Both the position numbers and the translations under genes were made by a program. The notes under the pieces were generated by a model. That model did no database searches. It was not told the origin of the DNA and saw nothing but the letters and a program-made list of their open reading frames with translations. A DNA stretch of 64,000 nt, taken from positions 27,900,001-27,964,000 of the forward strand of contig OX597829.1 in assembly GCA_951406725.2 (NCBI GenBank). The letters are read 5' to 3'. Shown here piece after piece: positions 24,500 to 37,664 of the stretch; positions within the stretch are counted from its first letter, which is position 1, and every line of letters begins with the position of its first letter. The DNA is from Octopus vulgaris (taxonomy: Eukaryota).

Positions 24500-26373
24500 C
24501 AGTGGTTCCCAACCCTTTTATTTAAATAAATTTTCCTACGGTCCCCTTTTAATATGTTATCCTTATGCATATATTAACTACATATGTGGAAAATCGGTGT
24601 GTGTTTGTTTGTGTTAGCTAATTTCTACATCGTTTTATTGATTTTTATGAAACTTGACACGTGAGTAGAACTCATGTCAGGAAACCTCGTGACATACTTA
24701 GATTATTGAGAAAAAACTGTTAATAAGGCCCTTGGAAATGATCTTTATATGTACTTCATATAACTAATTTTTTAAACACACAAGGGAAATAACCCATAAC
24801 ACCTGCACTTATAATTGTTAGTCTTTAGCCAAATGATCAATATTTGATTCTCACGATCGGTGGACCTAATTCTGCATTTCACTACTCAGCGTTTTCAACT
24901 GCTAAACCGTATTATTGCACTTTCTTGATGCATGTACTCTTTCAATGCCCATAACTCCGACAATTCTGCATTTTTCCAGTTAAAATTTTTCGATGACAGT
25001 ACATAAATTTTTGATTCCAGAACGTATTTGATAAGTGTGTCCCAATACAATGAACTCATACTTTGAATGCTCAAAATTCTTTAAAAATGGAACCAAACTT
25101 CCATACCACATCCAGTTGGGACACCCTGTATCACTTATACTTACTTTATAAATCATAATATTTATTGCTTATTTACAGTTCATACAACATTTTTCATGAA
25201 ACTAATTGAGCCATCGAATTTAGAAATATTTTACAGGTTTCATTGCTTGTGTTCGATTACTTTGAATATTAATTTTTTGTGTGTCCAATTTCTAATTTTT
25301 GCAGACATTATCACTTTTATACCTTATTTGACACGTGAGTAGAACTCATGTCTGGAAACCTCGTGACATATTTAGATTGTTGAAAAAATCATAAATAAGG
25401 CCTCTCCAATGGATCCTTCTATCTACCACATATTACAACGCAAGGGAAATAACCCATACCACCAGCAGTTTTTAGCGAAGCAATCAGTATTTGATTCTCA
25501 CGATCAGCCGACCTAATTCTGCATTTCACTACTCGCAGTTTTGAACTGCTAAACATTATCATTGTACTTCCTTAATTTGAATATTAAACCTTAAAGATTT
25601 CATTCATACATTTCTGCATTTATATACATTTTTGAATGCCCATTACTCCGATAATTCTGCATTTTACAGTTACGCTTTTTCCATGACAGTAGATGAACTT
25701 TTTATTTCACAACGTATTTGTAGTGACTTCATGCAGACAAATTTCGATTGCCAAATTTCACTTAACACTTCAAACAGCGCCTTTTTCACGGTAAAACAGT
25801 AGTTTTTCTGTGAATGACAGCAGTTATACATTTCCCAGATGACTTCGCTAAGCAGAAGTGACTTTGCCACTTGACCCTTCTAACCTCTTCTAGGCCACCA
25901 GGGGCTGAAATGGGGATAATAGACCTCCAACGAAATCATTTATTCTCAACAATATGCCTATCCTTCTGGCTGCTTTTCAATAGTTATAAAAACAAGAACT
26001 ATGTAAGCTAAAGGCAGTTACTGAGAGCGACCGTCAGTGATTGTGAACGTTATTATTGCACTTTCTTAATTTCATTCTTAAACATTAAACACTTCAGTCA
26101 TATATTTATATACACATACACTACATTTATATGTTATCTTTAATAAATTAGCCTTCATAAAGTTCACCTTCAAAATGCCACGACGAATCTGAGTACTTTA
26201 TCGCCAACCTCCAACAATCTCTCCCTCCTCCAGCTGACAGTTTTTTGTTCTTTTTCGCAACGGAAAATACACTTTTTGTGGCAGTTATAACGAAATTGCT
26301 TTCTTGTATCAGAGTAATAAGGCGTTTCAATGGAACATTTTTAGCCCCGGGAATTACCGGGTACACCAGCTAG

Positions 26374-26407
<34 letters not shown>

Positions 26408-26468
26408 TTGGTATTTAGTTCACAGCACCCCGGTACTACCTTTGCGGACCCCAGTTCAGGAACCACTG
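24500..26468. mobile_element. hAT (Charlie-like) MITE expanded by a nested Helitron
   Basis: Termini are CAGTGGTTCC and GGAACCACTG. The 8-bp TSD ACCTAGCA is at 24492-24499 and 26469-26476. Confidence 0.9.
24578..26373 (+). mobile_element. Non-autonomous Helitron with internal duplications
   Basis: Ends with the hairpin CCCGGGAATTACCGGG and then CTAG|T. About 24655-25030 is repeated at about 25328-25720. The 5' boundary is approximate. Confidence 0.7.
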
Positions 26469-26586
26469 ACCTAGCACTCACTAGCTACTATTCTTGTAGT
26501 TTCTGCCTTTATAAGTGAACCACATCGGTTTCCCATAATTCTCTGAAAATAGCAGACGAATTTTCACAGAAACCCAGATGCAGAAC

Positions 26587-26915
26587 CTGTGTATTTTTAT
26601 GGGGGACTTGAAGTGCAATAATTTTAACAACTACAAGTAACCAAAATATATTGATATGTTTTATATTATCCGGTAGGATGCCGCAATTAACACATTAACT
26701 CAAAAAGCATGTAATATCCTTAATTCCTTGCCTGTTCATAAACAATTATTCATTAAGATTGCGGCAGGTATTAATGATATTCTAAATAAAAATTCATCTG
26801 GTCTTGTCCACTTGTCGTCCCTCACAACTGAGGATATTGTTCATAAATTGAAAAATTTCATTTCAACTGTTTAATCGGTCAACCCACCAGCAGTTGTTCG
26901 GTTTCCACTGCCAAC
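26587..26915 (+). pseudogene. Decayed SGNH/GDSL esterase-like ORF (LINE ORF1 type)
   Basis: One frame with stops reads LCIFMGDLKCNNF..*..IIR*DAAINTLTQKACNILNSL..LFIKIAAGINDIL..EDIVHKLKNFISTV*. The spacing fits SGNH blocks I-III. Confidence 0.55.
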
Positions 26916-27053
26916 TTATGTTGCATTATTGACACTTTTATCAAATTTAGCCGAACTCGAACTTGAATAGCAAAAATTAAAAAAGTTTATTATATGACTT
27001 AAATAAAATTATTAGAAATTCAAATTCTACATTATTGGGTTCATGAACAAGAC

Positions 27054-27625
27054 CAAACTTGGGCACCAAACCGTTAATCTGTTAATCATTAATTAACGAA
27101 GTTAACATTTTCGTTAACGATTTAACTTTTAAGTTAACTTTGGAAATCGTTATCGGACTAATTAACTTCCGTTACATTTAACTTCTGTTCAGCGAAGTCG
27201 ACTTGAGTTAACTTCTTTTAACTTCAATTCAATTGAAATTAACGGATTTTATAGTATTGGCTTCGTCTGTCTTTACGTCCTGAGTTCAAATTCCACCAAA
27301 GTCGACTTTGCCTTTTATCCTTTCAGGGTCGATAAATTAAGTACGTTGCGTACTGGGTTCGATCGAATCGACTGGCCCCCTCCCCCAAAATTTCGGGCTT
27401 TGTGCCTAGAGTAGAAATGGATTTTATAGTATTGGCTCTTTTTAAAGGTGTTTTTATGTGGTTTTAGAGTAAAAACTGGATTTTTTTTCTATTATAAAAA
27501 TTAGTGTTAATGATTTATCGATAATTTCTGTTACATTTTAAAAACAACTGATGAACGGTTATCGAAGTTAACTTTTTGGTTAACGGTTAACGAAGTTGAT
27601 TTTTCGGTTAACGGTGCCCATCTTT
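27054..27625. mobile_element. hAT-like MITE with GTTAAC subrepeats, containing a SINE B fragment (about 27255-27420)
   Basis: Termini are CAAACTTGGGCACC..CGTTAA and TTAACGGTGCCCATCTTTG. Both 8-bp flanks end in AAGAC. Confidence 0.65.
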
Positions 27626-27959
27626 GTTAAAGACCATAAAAAAAGGTGGGCAGGAAAGGTGCACCATTACGACATGACATAAGATATATGTTTAACAAGT
27701 CATATGATGGTCATCATGTCATGTTTGACACCACTCACACGCAACTTTGCTGCAATTTTTTGTGGCAAAAGTTAGTTAAGCATAATAAAAACTTATCCTG
27801 TAAAAAAAAAAAAAAAAACTTATATGGCATAAAGAAGTACCAAATCCAATTCCGAGTGAGGAGTGGTGGTGGTGATGGTGGAGGAGGAGAGAACATTACT
27901 TGCAGTTGTAATCCAGGTGCAAATAGCAAGAGTGAAAAGATCCTTGTCAACCAATAATT

Positions 27960-28211
27960 AATAATCCTTTCTACTGGAAGCATAAAGCCTCAAATTTTAG
28001 GGGAAGGGATTAAGTCGATTACATCGATCCCAGTGCGTAACTGGTACTAATTTTATCGACCCCAGTCGATTAAATCGACTGCAGTCTTATTGACCCCGTA
28101 AGAATGAAAGTCAAAGTCGACCTCGGCTGAATTTGAACTCAGAAGTAACGGCAGACGAAATATCGCTAAGCTTTCCGTCCTGCGTGCTATCGATTCTGCC
28201 AGTTCGCCACC

Positions 28212-28259
<48 letters not shown>

Positions 28260-28452
28260 ATAATAATGATCCTTTCTACTATAGGCACGAAGCTCGACGC
28301 TAGAGCTCAACTAGTACTTAATTTATCGACCCCGTAAGAATGAAAGGCAAAGTCAACCTCGGCGGAATTTGAACTCACAACGTTAAGACGGACGAAATGC
28401 TGGTATACATTTTACCCGGCGTCCTAACGATTCTGCCAGCTCGTTGCCTTCT
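27960..28452 (-). mobile_element. Two SINE B copies separated by (ATT)n
   Basis: Reverse consensus matches. Confidence 0.8.
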
Positions 28453-28479
28453 TAATAATATGGAGACTTCTAGGGCTAC

Positions 28480-29100
28480 TCGTGGAGACCCCGCAGAATT
28501 ACAGTTGCTGTGACCGACTACTGCAAATGCTTATCGTCTTCCTGCTTTGAATAGGCCTGTTTACTCGGAAATTTATCGGCACATTCACTCGATTCATAAC
28601 CAAATAGCCAGTACTTCCTCCTCCACTCTAATTTTCCTTTTCAAGCGAAATTTGACTAAGTTGATGAGGGCTTGGACAAAGGGGCAGGTATCTCTATTCA
28701 GTCCTTTCAATCTGGTTGACCACACTACCTCTTTCGCTAAGGCCACCGACAGATAAATACTGCCTGTCCTTCCTGGCCAAAGGAAGACGGCGAAACGATC
28801 TTCACAGTGGACTTAGCCGATAGTCGGTTTCGTCCTACATGCAACCCACAAGTCAGCAATGTTCGAGCACTAGACTAGTGCACACAGAACGTCGTTCTTA
28901 AGCGTAACATGGGCAGACCCGACTGAACCCAGACATAAACTCCGATAGCACCGCCTGGCAGAGATTTTTGTAATTCATGGACCCCGGCCTAAAAGTCCAC
29001 TGACCATTCTAGTCGACGCCCAGAATTTTCTCCGAGAATATCATTGCTCTTGCCCGTCATTCAACGCCGAAGTGGAACTTCACCGACCGCATTGCCCAAC
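28480..29100 (-). pseudogene. Tx1-like LINE 3' fragment, same family as 18540-19855
   Basis: TTCCTTTTCAAG...TTGATGAGGGCTTGG...CAGTCCTTTCAATCT matches about 18750-18830. Confidence 0.65.
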
Positions 29101-29887
29101 TAGAGATAATAGTAATAATCCTTTCTACTAAGGCATAAGGTCTGAAATTTGGTGGGGAGGGGACTAATCGTCTTAGTGTTTCACTGGTACTTAATTTATC
29201 GGCCCCGAAAGGATGTTGTGATTTGTTTTTACGACACAGACTATAAAAAAAAAAATCCCCTCCCCACCTCAAAAAACCTCTCACGAATTCATTCAAAGCC
29301 AATAAACAAATACATCATTTCAGCTAATAACGTGAATGAAAAAGCCAAGGATTTACTATGGAAAAGTGTATAATTTCCGTACATGTAAAGTAGTTTTAAT
29401 GGTCGAGTATTAGTCTCTGAATAAAGAGACTAGGAATGTAGCTTCGCGTTTATTTTATGGCTTAGGTGGTCAGTAAATCGGTTGTTGTTGTTGTGTTTGA
29501 GGTCAGAGGTCAGGTGCGCACGCATATTATATGTATTCATATATATATCTGTATATATTTACATTTACATAGCCATACATACATAAATATATATATATAT
29601 ATACACACACACACGCACACATACATATCCATCCATATATATACTTGATGCTAAACTGTTGATTGTAGTTCCTTGTCACCTAGCCAGCATTTTGCGAAGT
29701 CGTTCATTTCAATTTAAATCTTTCATCTCCATCGTAGGTTTTCACGCACGAAATAGTTTTTTTTAGAATGAATTTCGTCATTCCTACTTGCCAATTATTA
29801 TTATTTCAATTCTAAAAACCAAGAAAACGTACCACCCCTCTCTCTCTGCTCTACTCTTCATTTATTCAAAATAAGAAAATACCAATA

Positions 29888-29962
29888 ATGTTAAAATTCC
29901 GAAGTACTACTGACGCGAAATTGAAGAAGATTAAAAGAATGAGATTTGACTTGTATAACTTC
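29888..29962 (+). CDS. KDM2: Candidate first coding exon of KDM2 (distal)
   Basis: ATG-initiated MLKFRSTTDAKLKKIKRMRFDLYNF followed by GTAAGT in phase 0, compatible with the acceptor at 38220. No homology support. Confidence 0.35.
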
Positions 29963-30720
29963 GTAAGTTTTATTATTGTTGTAAATTATTACTTTGTACA
30001 TTTATCTGTGTCTGTGTGTACATATATATATACATATACACGTGTGTGTATATATGTGTACATATATACATAAGCACGTGTGTGTACATAGACATAAGCA
30101 CTTGTGTATATATACATATACACATGTATATATATATATGTGTGTGTGTGTGTGTACGTATATATACGTGTGTGTATATATTTATATCAGTAAACAGTTG
30201 TTGAATGTCAAATATATTTGTGTTGGTATACACGCAAATGTATTTATACAATCACATTTCTGTGTTTATATACACGTGTTTACACTCGCGCGCACACATA
30301 CACACACTCTACTGTTTATATAAATGCACACTTGTTATTGTCTCCATGCAGAGGCGGACTGAGCTGTATGTCAATCTTGCACTGCCCGAGGGCCCAGGGC
30401 TCTGAGGGGTTCGCATCCACATGTTAACTCTCTTTGATATCAATGCTAAGGGGGCCCCCGATGAACAGTTTATGCTCGAGGGCTCGTGATACTCTCCACG
30501 TGCCATCAAAGTTTACAACGCTAATTGAAAACTGCAAATTTAAAACCAGCATACATGCATAAATTCATATTCGTACGAGTCATGAGCAAAATTATTCTCA
30601 AAGCCTTGTGTAATATATTTGCTTTGTCAACTTAATGAGTTGGATATTTATGCGAAAAGAAAAACAAGGTTGAAGCTTGGTGAGGAAAAGGACTTGTTTA
30701 CATCTAAATGCTTGGTTACC

Positions 30721-31668
30721 GGCATGACTACAGATTCCTGCCCCTCATCCCGACTTTGGGTGATCATAACTTTCAGAAAAATGGATTTTTTTAATGAAAT
30801 TTTCTACGAATATGTGTTATATCATGTAGATTCCGAATATACAAACTTATGGGGAAGTGTTTTTTGGAGGGGTGCGGAATTTCGGAAAATTCATCGGCGT
30901 CCACTTCAAGTCATCTTAACTCTCAAGAAAATGGATATATTTTAATGAAATTTTCTACAAATAAACCTAGAACTTTGTAGATTCGGAGAACGGGGGTTAC
31001 TTTTGATGACCGTTCACTACTCGGGTGTGTTTCGGAACAAATTGTCCATATTTCTTTCATTTTCTCCGTTTTGTGCGTTTATGCATCCGTAGATTTCTAC
31101 TGAAGCAGCAGGCAATGAAGCTGTCATCAGAATATTCGAAACCGGAAAACTCGTTATGCTAAAAATACCAGCTAAAGGTCTAAACGTTTCTAACAGAAAG
31201 ACATTGAATAGAATAATTCCCAGTTTGAACTTTTTTTAATTACATGTGTGTGTGTGTGTGTGTGTTAGAAATCTACGAATGCACAAACGTGCAAAACGGA
31301 GAAAATGAAGGAAATATGGACAACTTGTTCCGAAACACCCCCGAGTGGGGGGAACGGTCCTCAAATGCAACCCCCACCCCAAATTCCTACGTTCTCCGAA
31401 TCTACATAGTCCGAAGTATATTATTTGTAGAAAATTTCATTAAAAAATATCTATTTCCTTGAAAGTTGAGACCACTTGAAGTGGACGCCGGTGGATTTTC
31501 CGACCCCCCCCCAGCCCCTACTACCCCCCCAGTTTTCTATATTCGGAATCTACATGACATAACACACATTTGTAGAAAATCTCATTAAAAAAATATCCAT
31601 TTTTCTGAAAGTTATGATCATCCAAAATCGGTGGTGGTGGTGGGGGGACAGGAATTTGTAGTTTTGCC
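30721..31668. mobile_element. Non-autonomous DNA transposon with ~370 bp TIRs (related to 23023)
   Basis: GGCATGACTACAGATTCCTG..GATCATAACTTTCAGAAAAATGGAT mirrors ATCCATTTTTCTGAAAGTTATGATC..CAGGAATTTGTAGTTTTGCC. Confidence 0.85.
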
Positions 31669-32005
31669 TGATTGATTTACCTTATCCCGTTCCTAAGTAT
31701 ATCAACTTTTATATATACTGTTCTTGGCTACTTTCATACGAGGTGGAAATTATCTGTGAAAAAGAACCTCATTTATTTGTTGCTCAACTTGAATGGTTAT
31801 CCATCCTTTCTGGATTTAACATTAACAGTACATGGTCAAACATATCCATTCTCTTTTTAAAATGGATTGTTTTATGGTAGATATGACTGCTATTTTTCTA
31901 ACAGGTCTAGTACGCCTGTATTGGTTTCCAACGTTTGTTCAGAAGTGTGTTTCTATTTTATGCAAATTAAAAAAAAAAAAATTAAAGTTATGAGATTGTT
32001 GTAAA

Positions 32006-32063
32006 ATGGCGGTGCCCCAGCATGGCCACAGCTCAAGAGCTGAAACTGGAAAACATAAACATA
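32006..32063 (+). mobile_element. Extremely 5'-truncated LINE tail
   Basis: ATGGCGGTGCCCCAGCATGGCCACAGCTCAAGAGCTGAAACT matches the 3' end of the LINE at 63610-63652 and is followed by (ACATAA)2. Confidence 0.75.
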
Positions 32064-32480
32064 AATTGTTCTTGGAGCAGAATCCCGCCACGCACATACA
32101 TAGACTGGTATTTATAATTTTAGTCTCTCACTGTTAGCCGTTTTAAAAGAAATAAGCTTCATGTATTTTTGGAACACTTTTACGAATCCGAATGAATGAA
32201 TGAACTACTTTGGCGTTCCACAATTATATTGAAATATTTATTTTATGTGATTACAAAAAAGAAAAAAAAAGGCTGCAACTTTCACATAGTTTTTTTTTTT
32301 TGAAAGTGAGTAATATTACATTTTTGCATTTCTTCTTAAATATTTAATCCGCAAAAAATTACAAACAGTTCTGTCTTCAAGAAAGAAAACATTTGATAAA
32401 ATGTGCTCAGACGCTCCTAAGGCTGGTGTGCCTTTTGATCATTACCTCTCAGCTCGGCTGAACCTCAAACGCACATGCGC

Positions 32481-34780
32481 GTGTATGTGTAGATTAGATA
32501 GGTAGATATATAGATGTACACATACGTATACAGATGTGTGTGTGTGTTTAGAATAGATAGGTAGATATATAGATGTACACATACGTATACAGATGTGTGT
32601 GTGTTTAGATTAGATAGGTAGATATATAGATGTACACATACGTATACAGATGTGTGTGTGTGTTTAGATTAGATAGGTAGATTATAGATGTACACATATG
32701 TATACAGATGTGTGTGTGTTTATATTAGATAGGTAGATATATAGATGTACACGTACGTATACAGACGTGTGTGTGTGTGTAGATTAGATAGGTAGATATA
32801 TAGATGTACACACATACGTATACAGATGTGTGTGTAAATTAGATAGGTAGATATATAGATGTACACATACGTGTGTGTGTGTGTAGATTAGATAGGTAGA
32901 TATATAGATGTACACATACGTATACAGATGTGTGTGTTTGTGTAGATAGGTAGATATATAGATGTACACATACGTATACAGATGTGTGTATGTGTAGATT
33001 AAGGTAGGTAGATATATAGATGTACACATACGTATACAGATGTGTGTATGTGTAGATTAGATAGGTAGATATATAGATGTACACATACGTATACAGATGT
33101 GTGTGTTGATTAGATAGGTAGATATATAGATGTACACATACGTATACAGATGTGTGTGTTGATTAGATAGGTAGATATATAGATGTACACATACGTATAC
33201 AGATGTGTGTGTGTAGATTAGATAGGTAGATATATAGATGTACACATACGTATACAGATGTGTGTGTAGATTAGATAGGTAGATATATAGATTTACACAT
33301 ACGTATACAGATGTGTGTATGTGTAGATTAGGTAGGTAGATATATAGATGTACACATACGTATACAGATGTGTGTGTAGATTAGATAGGTAGATATATAG
33401 ATGTACACATACGTATACAGATGTGTGTGTAGATTAGGTAGGTAGATATATAGATGTACACATACGTATACAGATGTGTGTATGTGTAGATTAGATAGGT
33501 AGATATATAGATGTACACATACGTATACAGATGTGTGTGTAGATTAGATAGGTAGATATATAGATGTACACATACGTATACAGATGTGTGTGTTGATTAG
33601 ATAGGTAGATATATAGATGTACACATACGTATACAGATGTGTGTGTTGATTAGATAGGTAGATATATAGATGTACACATACGTATACAGATGTGTGTGTG
33701 TAGATTAGATAGGTAGATATATAGATGTACACATACGTATACAGATGTGTGTGTAGATTAGATAGGTAGATATATAGATTTACACATACGTATACAGATG
33801 TGTGTATGTGTAGATTAGGTAGGTAGATATATAGATGTACATACGTATACAGATGTGTGTGTAGATTAGATAGGTAGATATATAGATGTACACATACGTA
33901 TACAGATGTGTGTGTAGATTAGATAGGTAGATATATAGATGTACACATACGTATACAGATGTGTGTATGTGTAGATTAGATAGGTAGATATATAGATGTA
34001 CACATACGTATACAGATGTGTGTGTAGATTAGATAGGTAGATATATAGATGTACACATACGTATACAGATGTGTGTGTTGATTAGATAGGTAGATATATA
34101 GATGTACACATACGTATACAGATGTGTGTGTGTAGATTAGATAGGTAGATATATAGATGTACACATACGTATACAGATGTGTGTGTAGATTAGATAGGTA
34201 GATATATAGATTTACACATACGTATACAGATGTGTGTATGTGTAGATTAGGTAGGTAGATATATAGATGTACACATACGTATACAGATGTGTGTGTAGAT
34301 TAGATAGGTAGATATATAGATGTACACATACGTATACAGATGTGTGTGTAGATTAGGTAGGTAGATATATAGATGTACACATACGTATACAGATGTGTGT
34401 ATGTGTAGATTAGATAGGTAGATATATAGATGTACACATACGTATACAGATGTGTGTGTAGATTAGATAGGTAGATATATAGATGTACACATACGTATAC
34501 AGATGTGTGTATGTGTAGATTAGATAGGTAGATATATAGATGTACACATACGTATACAGATGTGTGTGTGTGTAGATTAGATAGGTAGATATATAGATGT
34601 ACACATACGTATACAGATGTGTGTATGTGTAGATTAGGTAGGTAGATATATAGATGTACACATACGTATACAGATGTGTGTATGTGTAGATTAGATAGGT
34701 AGATATATAGATGTACACATACGTATACAGATGTGTGTGTGTAGATTAGATAGGTAGATATATAGATGTACACATACGTG
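32481..34780. repeat. Minisatellite, mostly 53-57 bp units, about 40 copies
   Basis: The unit is TAGATTAGATAGGTAGATATATAGATGTACACATACGTATACAGA(TG)n. Unit length varies in the TG tract. Confidence 0.97.
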
Positions 34781-35899
34781 TTTGTGTATACTTATGAGCT
34801 AATTTGGAAAATGTATCAGTACCCTTAATCAGTTGTTTAGTCCACAGACCAGCGTTGGACTTAACAGATTTATTGTCATTGTAAACCATGATTGTACCTT
34901 ATGATAAAGGTGAGTTAGCAGAATCGTTAAGCACGCCGATCAAAATGCTTCGCTGCATTTCGTCTGATTCTGCGTTCAGAGTTCAAATTCAGCCGAGGTC
35001 GACTTAACCTTTCATCCTTTCGGAATCAGTGGAAATGACTTGCCCCTTCCCCCCAAATATCTATTGTTGGAGTGTGGACTAGGTTACGATTCTATGCATA
35101 TTTAGCTGCTGTTTATAGGAGGTCAAGTGACAATGCAGGAGTCTCTCGTTGGTTTGCCAGCTCCCTCCTCCACGCCAACCATAAAAGTTCCAGCCATGAC
35201 CGCGTATCCTCAGTTTTTCAATTGTTCCCTTATGTTTAAAGACAGTAACTTGTGAATTCATTGCTTGTCAGGCGACTTCGTTTTGTTTGTTTTGGACGTT
35301 ATTGCAATAAACCGAATAGTTCACACTTTTCTATTTATTACTTTTTGGAAGTACTTAAAGAATTCGTCGAAGATGTCAGTTACTTTCACCTTTTCTATAT
35401 CTGCTTGTTCTAAAGAATTCAGTTTTTCTGTTCAACACTTAGCCAGTATCACTTTATTTCTTTATTATATATGTATATATGTGTGTGTATTAACGGTATA
35501 CATTGATATTCTTTAGACGTTGAGATTAAGTTAGACCCTTATCAAATACGTTATTCCAACTGAAGCCATCCCCGTCATTTGCGCATATATAAGTTTATTT
35601 TTATTTTTTTAAAGCCCTTTTTTTTTTTAACAATTGTAGTTCGTGATTTTGGGACAATTTTATTGCTGTTGCTGACCGTCGTTGTATGCTTTAAATTTGT
35701 ATTTAATTTTGAAGCCATCGGTTTTTTAAAAATAAGGTTTTAAAAGGGATTATTAATTTTGAAGAGAAAAAAAATCATCAGAACAATGGTCAGTTGTTTA
35801 AATAACCGTCACTATTTTCTAATTTAACAGCATTTGTTTCCAAAACAGTCATTCAGTTGAAAGTAAATAAAGTTTAGTTATAATGTGCGTATGACATTG

Positions 35900-36064
35900 G
35901 GCAGAGGTAAAGATCATGGACCGCACCTCTTTGGGATTTTTTTTACGGGAACACAATATATCAAGGGCGGAGATTCCGAATCTGCAAAAAAAAAAAAAAT
36001 CTGCATTTCAAAATATAATTTTAAATTTCATAGGGGATGTGGTCCATGATCTTTAACCTCCGCC
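35900..36064. mobile_element. Small MITE with GGC termini and ~9-bp TSD
   Basis: TIRs are GGCAGAGGTAAAGATCATGGACC and GGTCCATGATCTTTAACCTCCGCC. The flanks are ATGACATTG and TTGACATTG. Confidence 0.8.
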
Positions 36065-37249
36065 TTGACATTGTGCTCTTCCTCGGGTATGTGTTGTATA
36101 TCTTGAGCGCACTTCCCTTCCCTCGATTCGATCCGACATTATATCTATCTCCCGCTATAATGGATTTCCCTTCTCTTTGCAAGTAACGGAAGCGAGAGCT
36201 ACAAGGTCTCCCGAAGCTGCTAGATATAGTAGCTAAATTTCCTTCGTACAGAGATGCATTAGATTGTAACCCCTTTCCCCAAAGACAGTATGGTTACAGT
36301 TTAGTGTGTTTAGTAGGTTTTCTCTATATCAAGGCCTGATCTGCGCGATCAAACTATATTAAAAAATTCTGTTAAAACATATCTAATGAACGCTACTATT
36401 CTTCAGTTTCCTGTAAATCTAGACTTCATGTTTGACATCGTTCATTCTCCTCTAAATTAGGAGAAGAAAAAAAAACCTCATGTAAACACCAGGTTTTGGA
36501 ATCAGTGCCCCAGTTTCTCTTCACGTTGCTAATTTCCGTATGAAAATATATAAATAAAATCATGTCACGGTCTTATTTTCCCTCTTGTGTAAATAGGAGA
36601 GGAGTTGAGACTGTCAGCCACTGTTGTTGTTTTTTTTTTTCCCTTTCTTTCCAACTGTAGCCATTTCGTTTAATTTCACCGAGGTTACTTTGAGTGGAGG
36701 AAAAGCAACCTAGAACGAAGCTGGTTACAATGTTCCATTTCCCCTGCTATCACATTTTTATCGCCAATAGATTATTATTAAATATAATGTATAGATGCTG
36801 ACAGGACGTGGACAGCAGTGAGTTTCCAGTCTGCTTTGAAATCCCTCTACTGGAGAATTTGAAAGGAGGGAAAAAAAAAATATTGCTATACTTATCGATC
36901 GATAAAATAAGTAGTTTGAAAGTAACAATTTTTCTCCACCATACTTCACTTTAAACCTGCCATTATCTCTATAAAGTGGTTGGTACTCCATAGACCAAAG
37001 CATCTATTTTTAATATTTGTTTAAAAAAAAAAAAGAAAAACTATTTTGTAAAGCCTCTCAGCTTTATTTTTTCTAGCTCATATTTTAACTGCTGGAATTG
37101 TGGTGGGGGCATCTACTCGCACACACGCACGCACTCAACTCTTAATCTCTAAAAAAAAAAATTGATTAGTGGACATTTTTAGAAAGAATAAATTTTTTAA
37201 TGTAATTTAACCAAGTAATACGGTTGCTTGCCCCCAACTATGTATTGAG

Positions 37250-37664
37250 GTTTCGTGCGGTAGCTTTTAAATTTACACTCGCTTGATAAAGTGTACGTAA
37301 ATGACCCGGAAGTGAATGAATTGAGTGTAGCACAATCTATTTAGTCAATGAGAAATAAAGACGACATGTTAGATTTTTATTCTATTTAGCTCTCTCATTC
37401 ATTAAAAAAACTAGTTTCTCGCTTTTAATGAAGTGCTATTTTCATACTAGCCGTTTAATTCCGTGATTTTATTATACATTAATTTTTTTTTATTCCTCGC
37501 TCGTTCAAGATGTTACGCTGTAGAGAAAGAAGTATATTTATTAAAAATACATTGATTTGCTGCTGCTGCCAGCAGTTGTTAGACTTTCCTATGTAACAAC
37601 CGCACGAGTGTGTTTTTCCTTTCTGCTTTGTATCTAAAACGATGTCAATATGTGTACTGTAAGT
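37250..37664 (+). promoter_or_regulatory. Candidate proximal KDM2 promoter / first exon
   Basis: ETS-type CCGGAAGTG near 37307 in relatively CpG-rich unique DNA. ATG TGT ACT|GTAAGT at 37650-37664 is a phase-0 donor. Confidence 0.4.

Noticed and set aside
32784-34773. Repeated minus-strand ORFs and a CRISPR-like look
   Set aside because: These come from a minisatellite. There are no unique spacers, no cas genes, and the context is eukaryotic.
34901-34915. ATG ATA AAG|GTGAGT as a KDM2 first exon
   Set aside because: The donor is the start of a SINE B copy and there is no promoter-like context.
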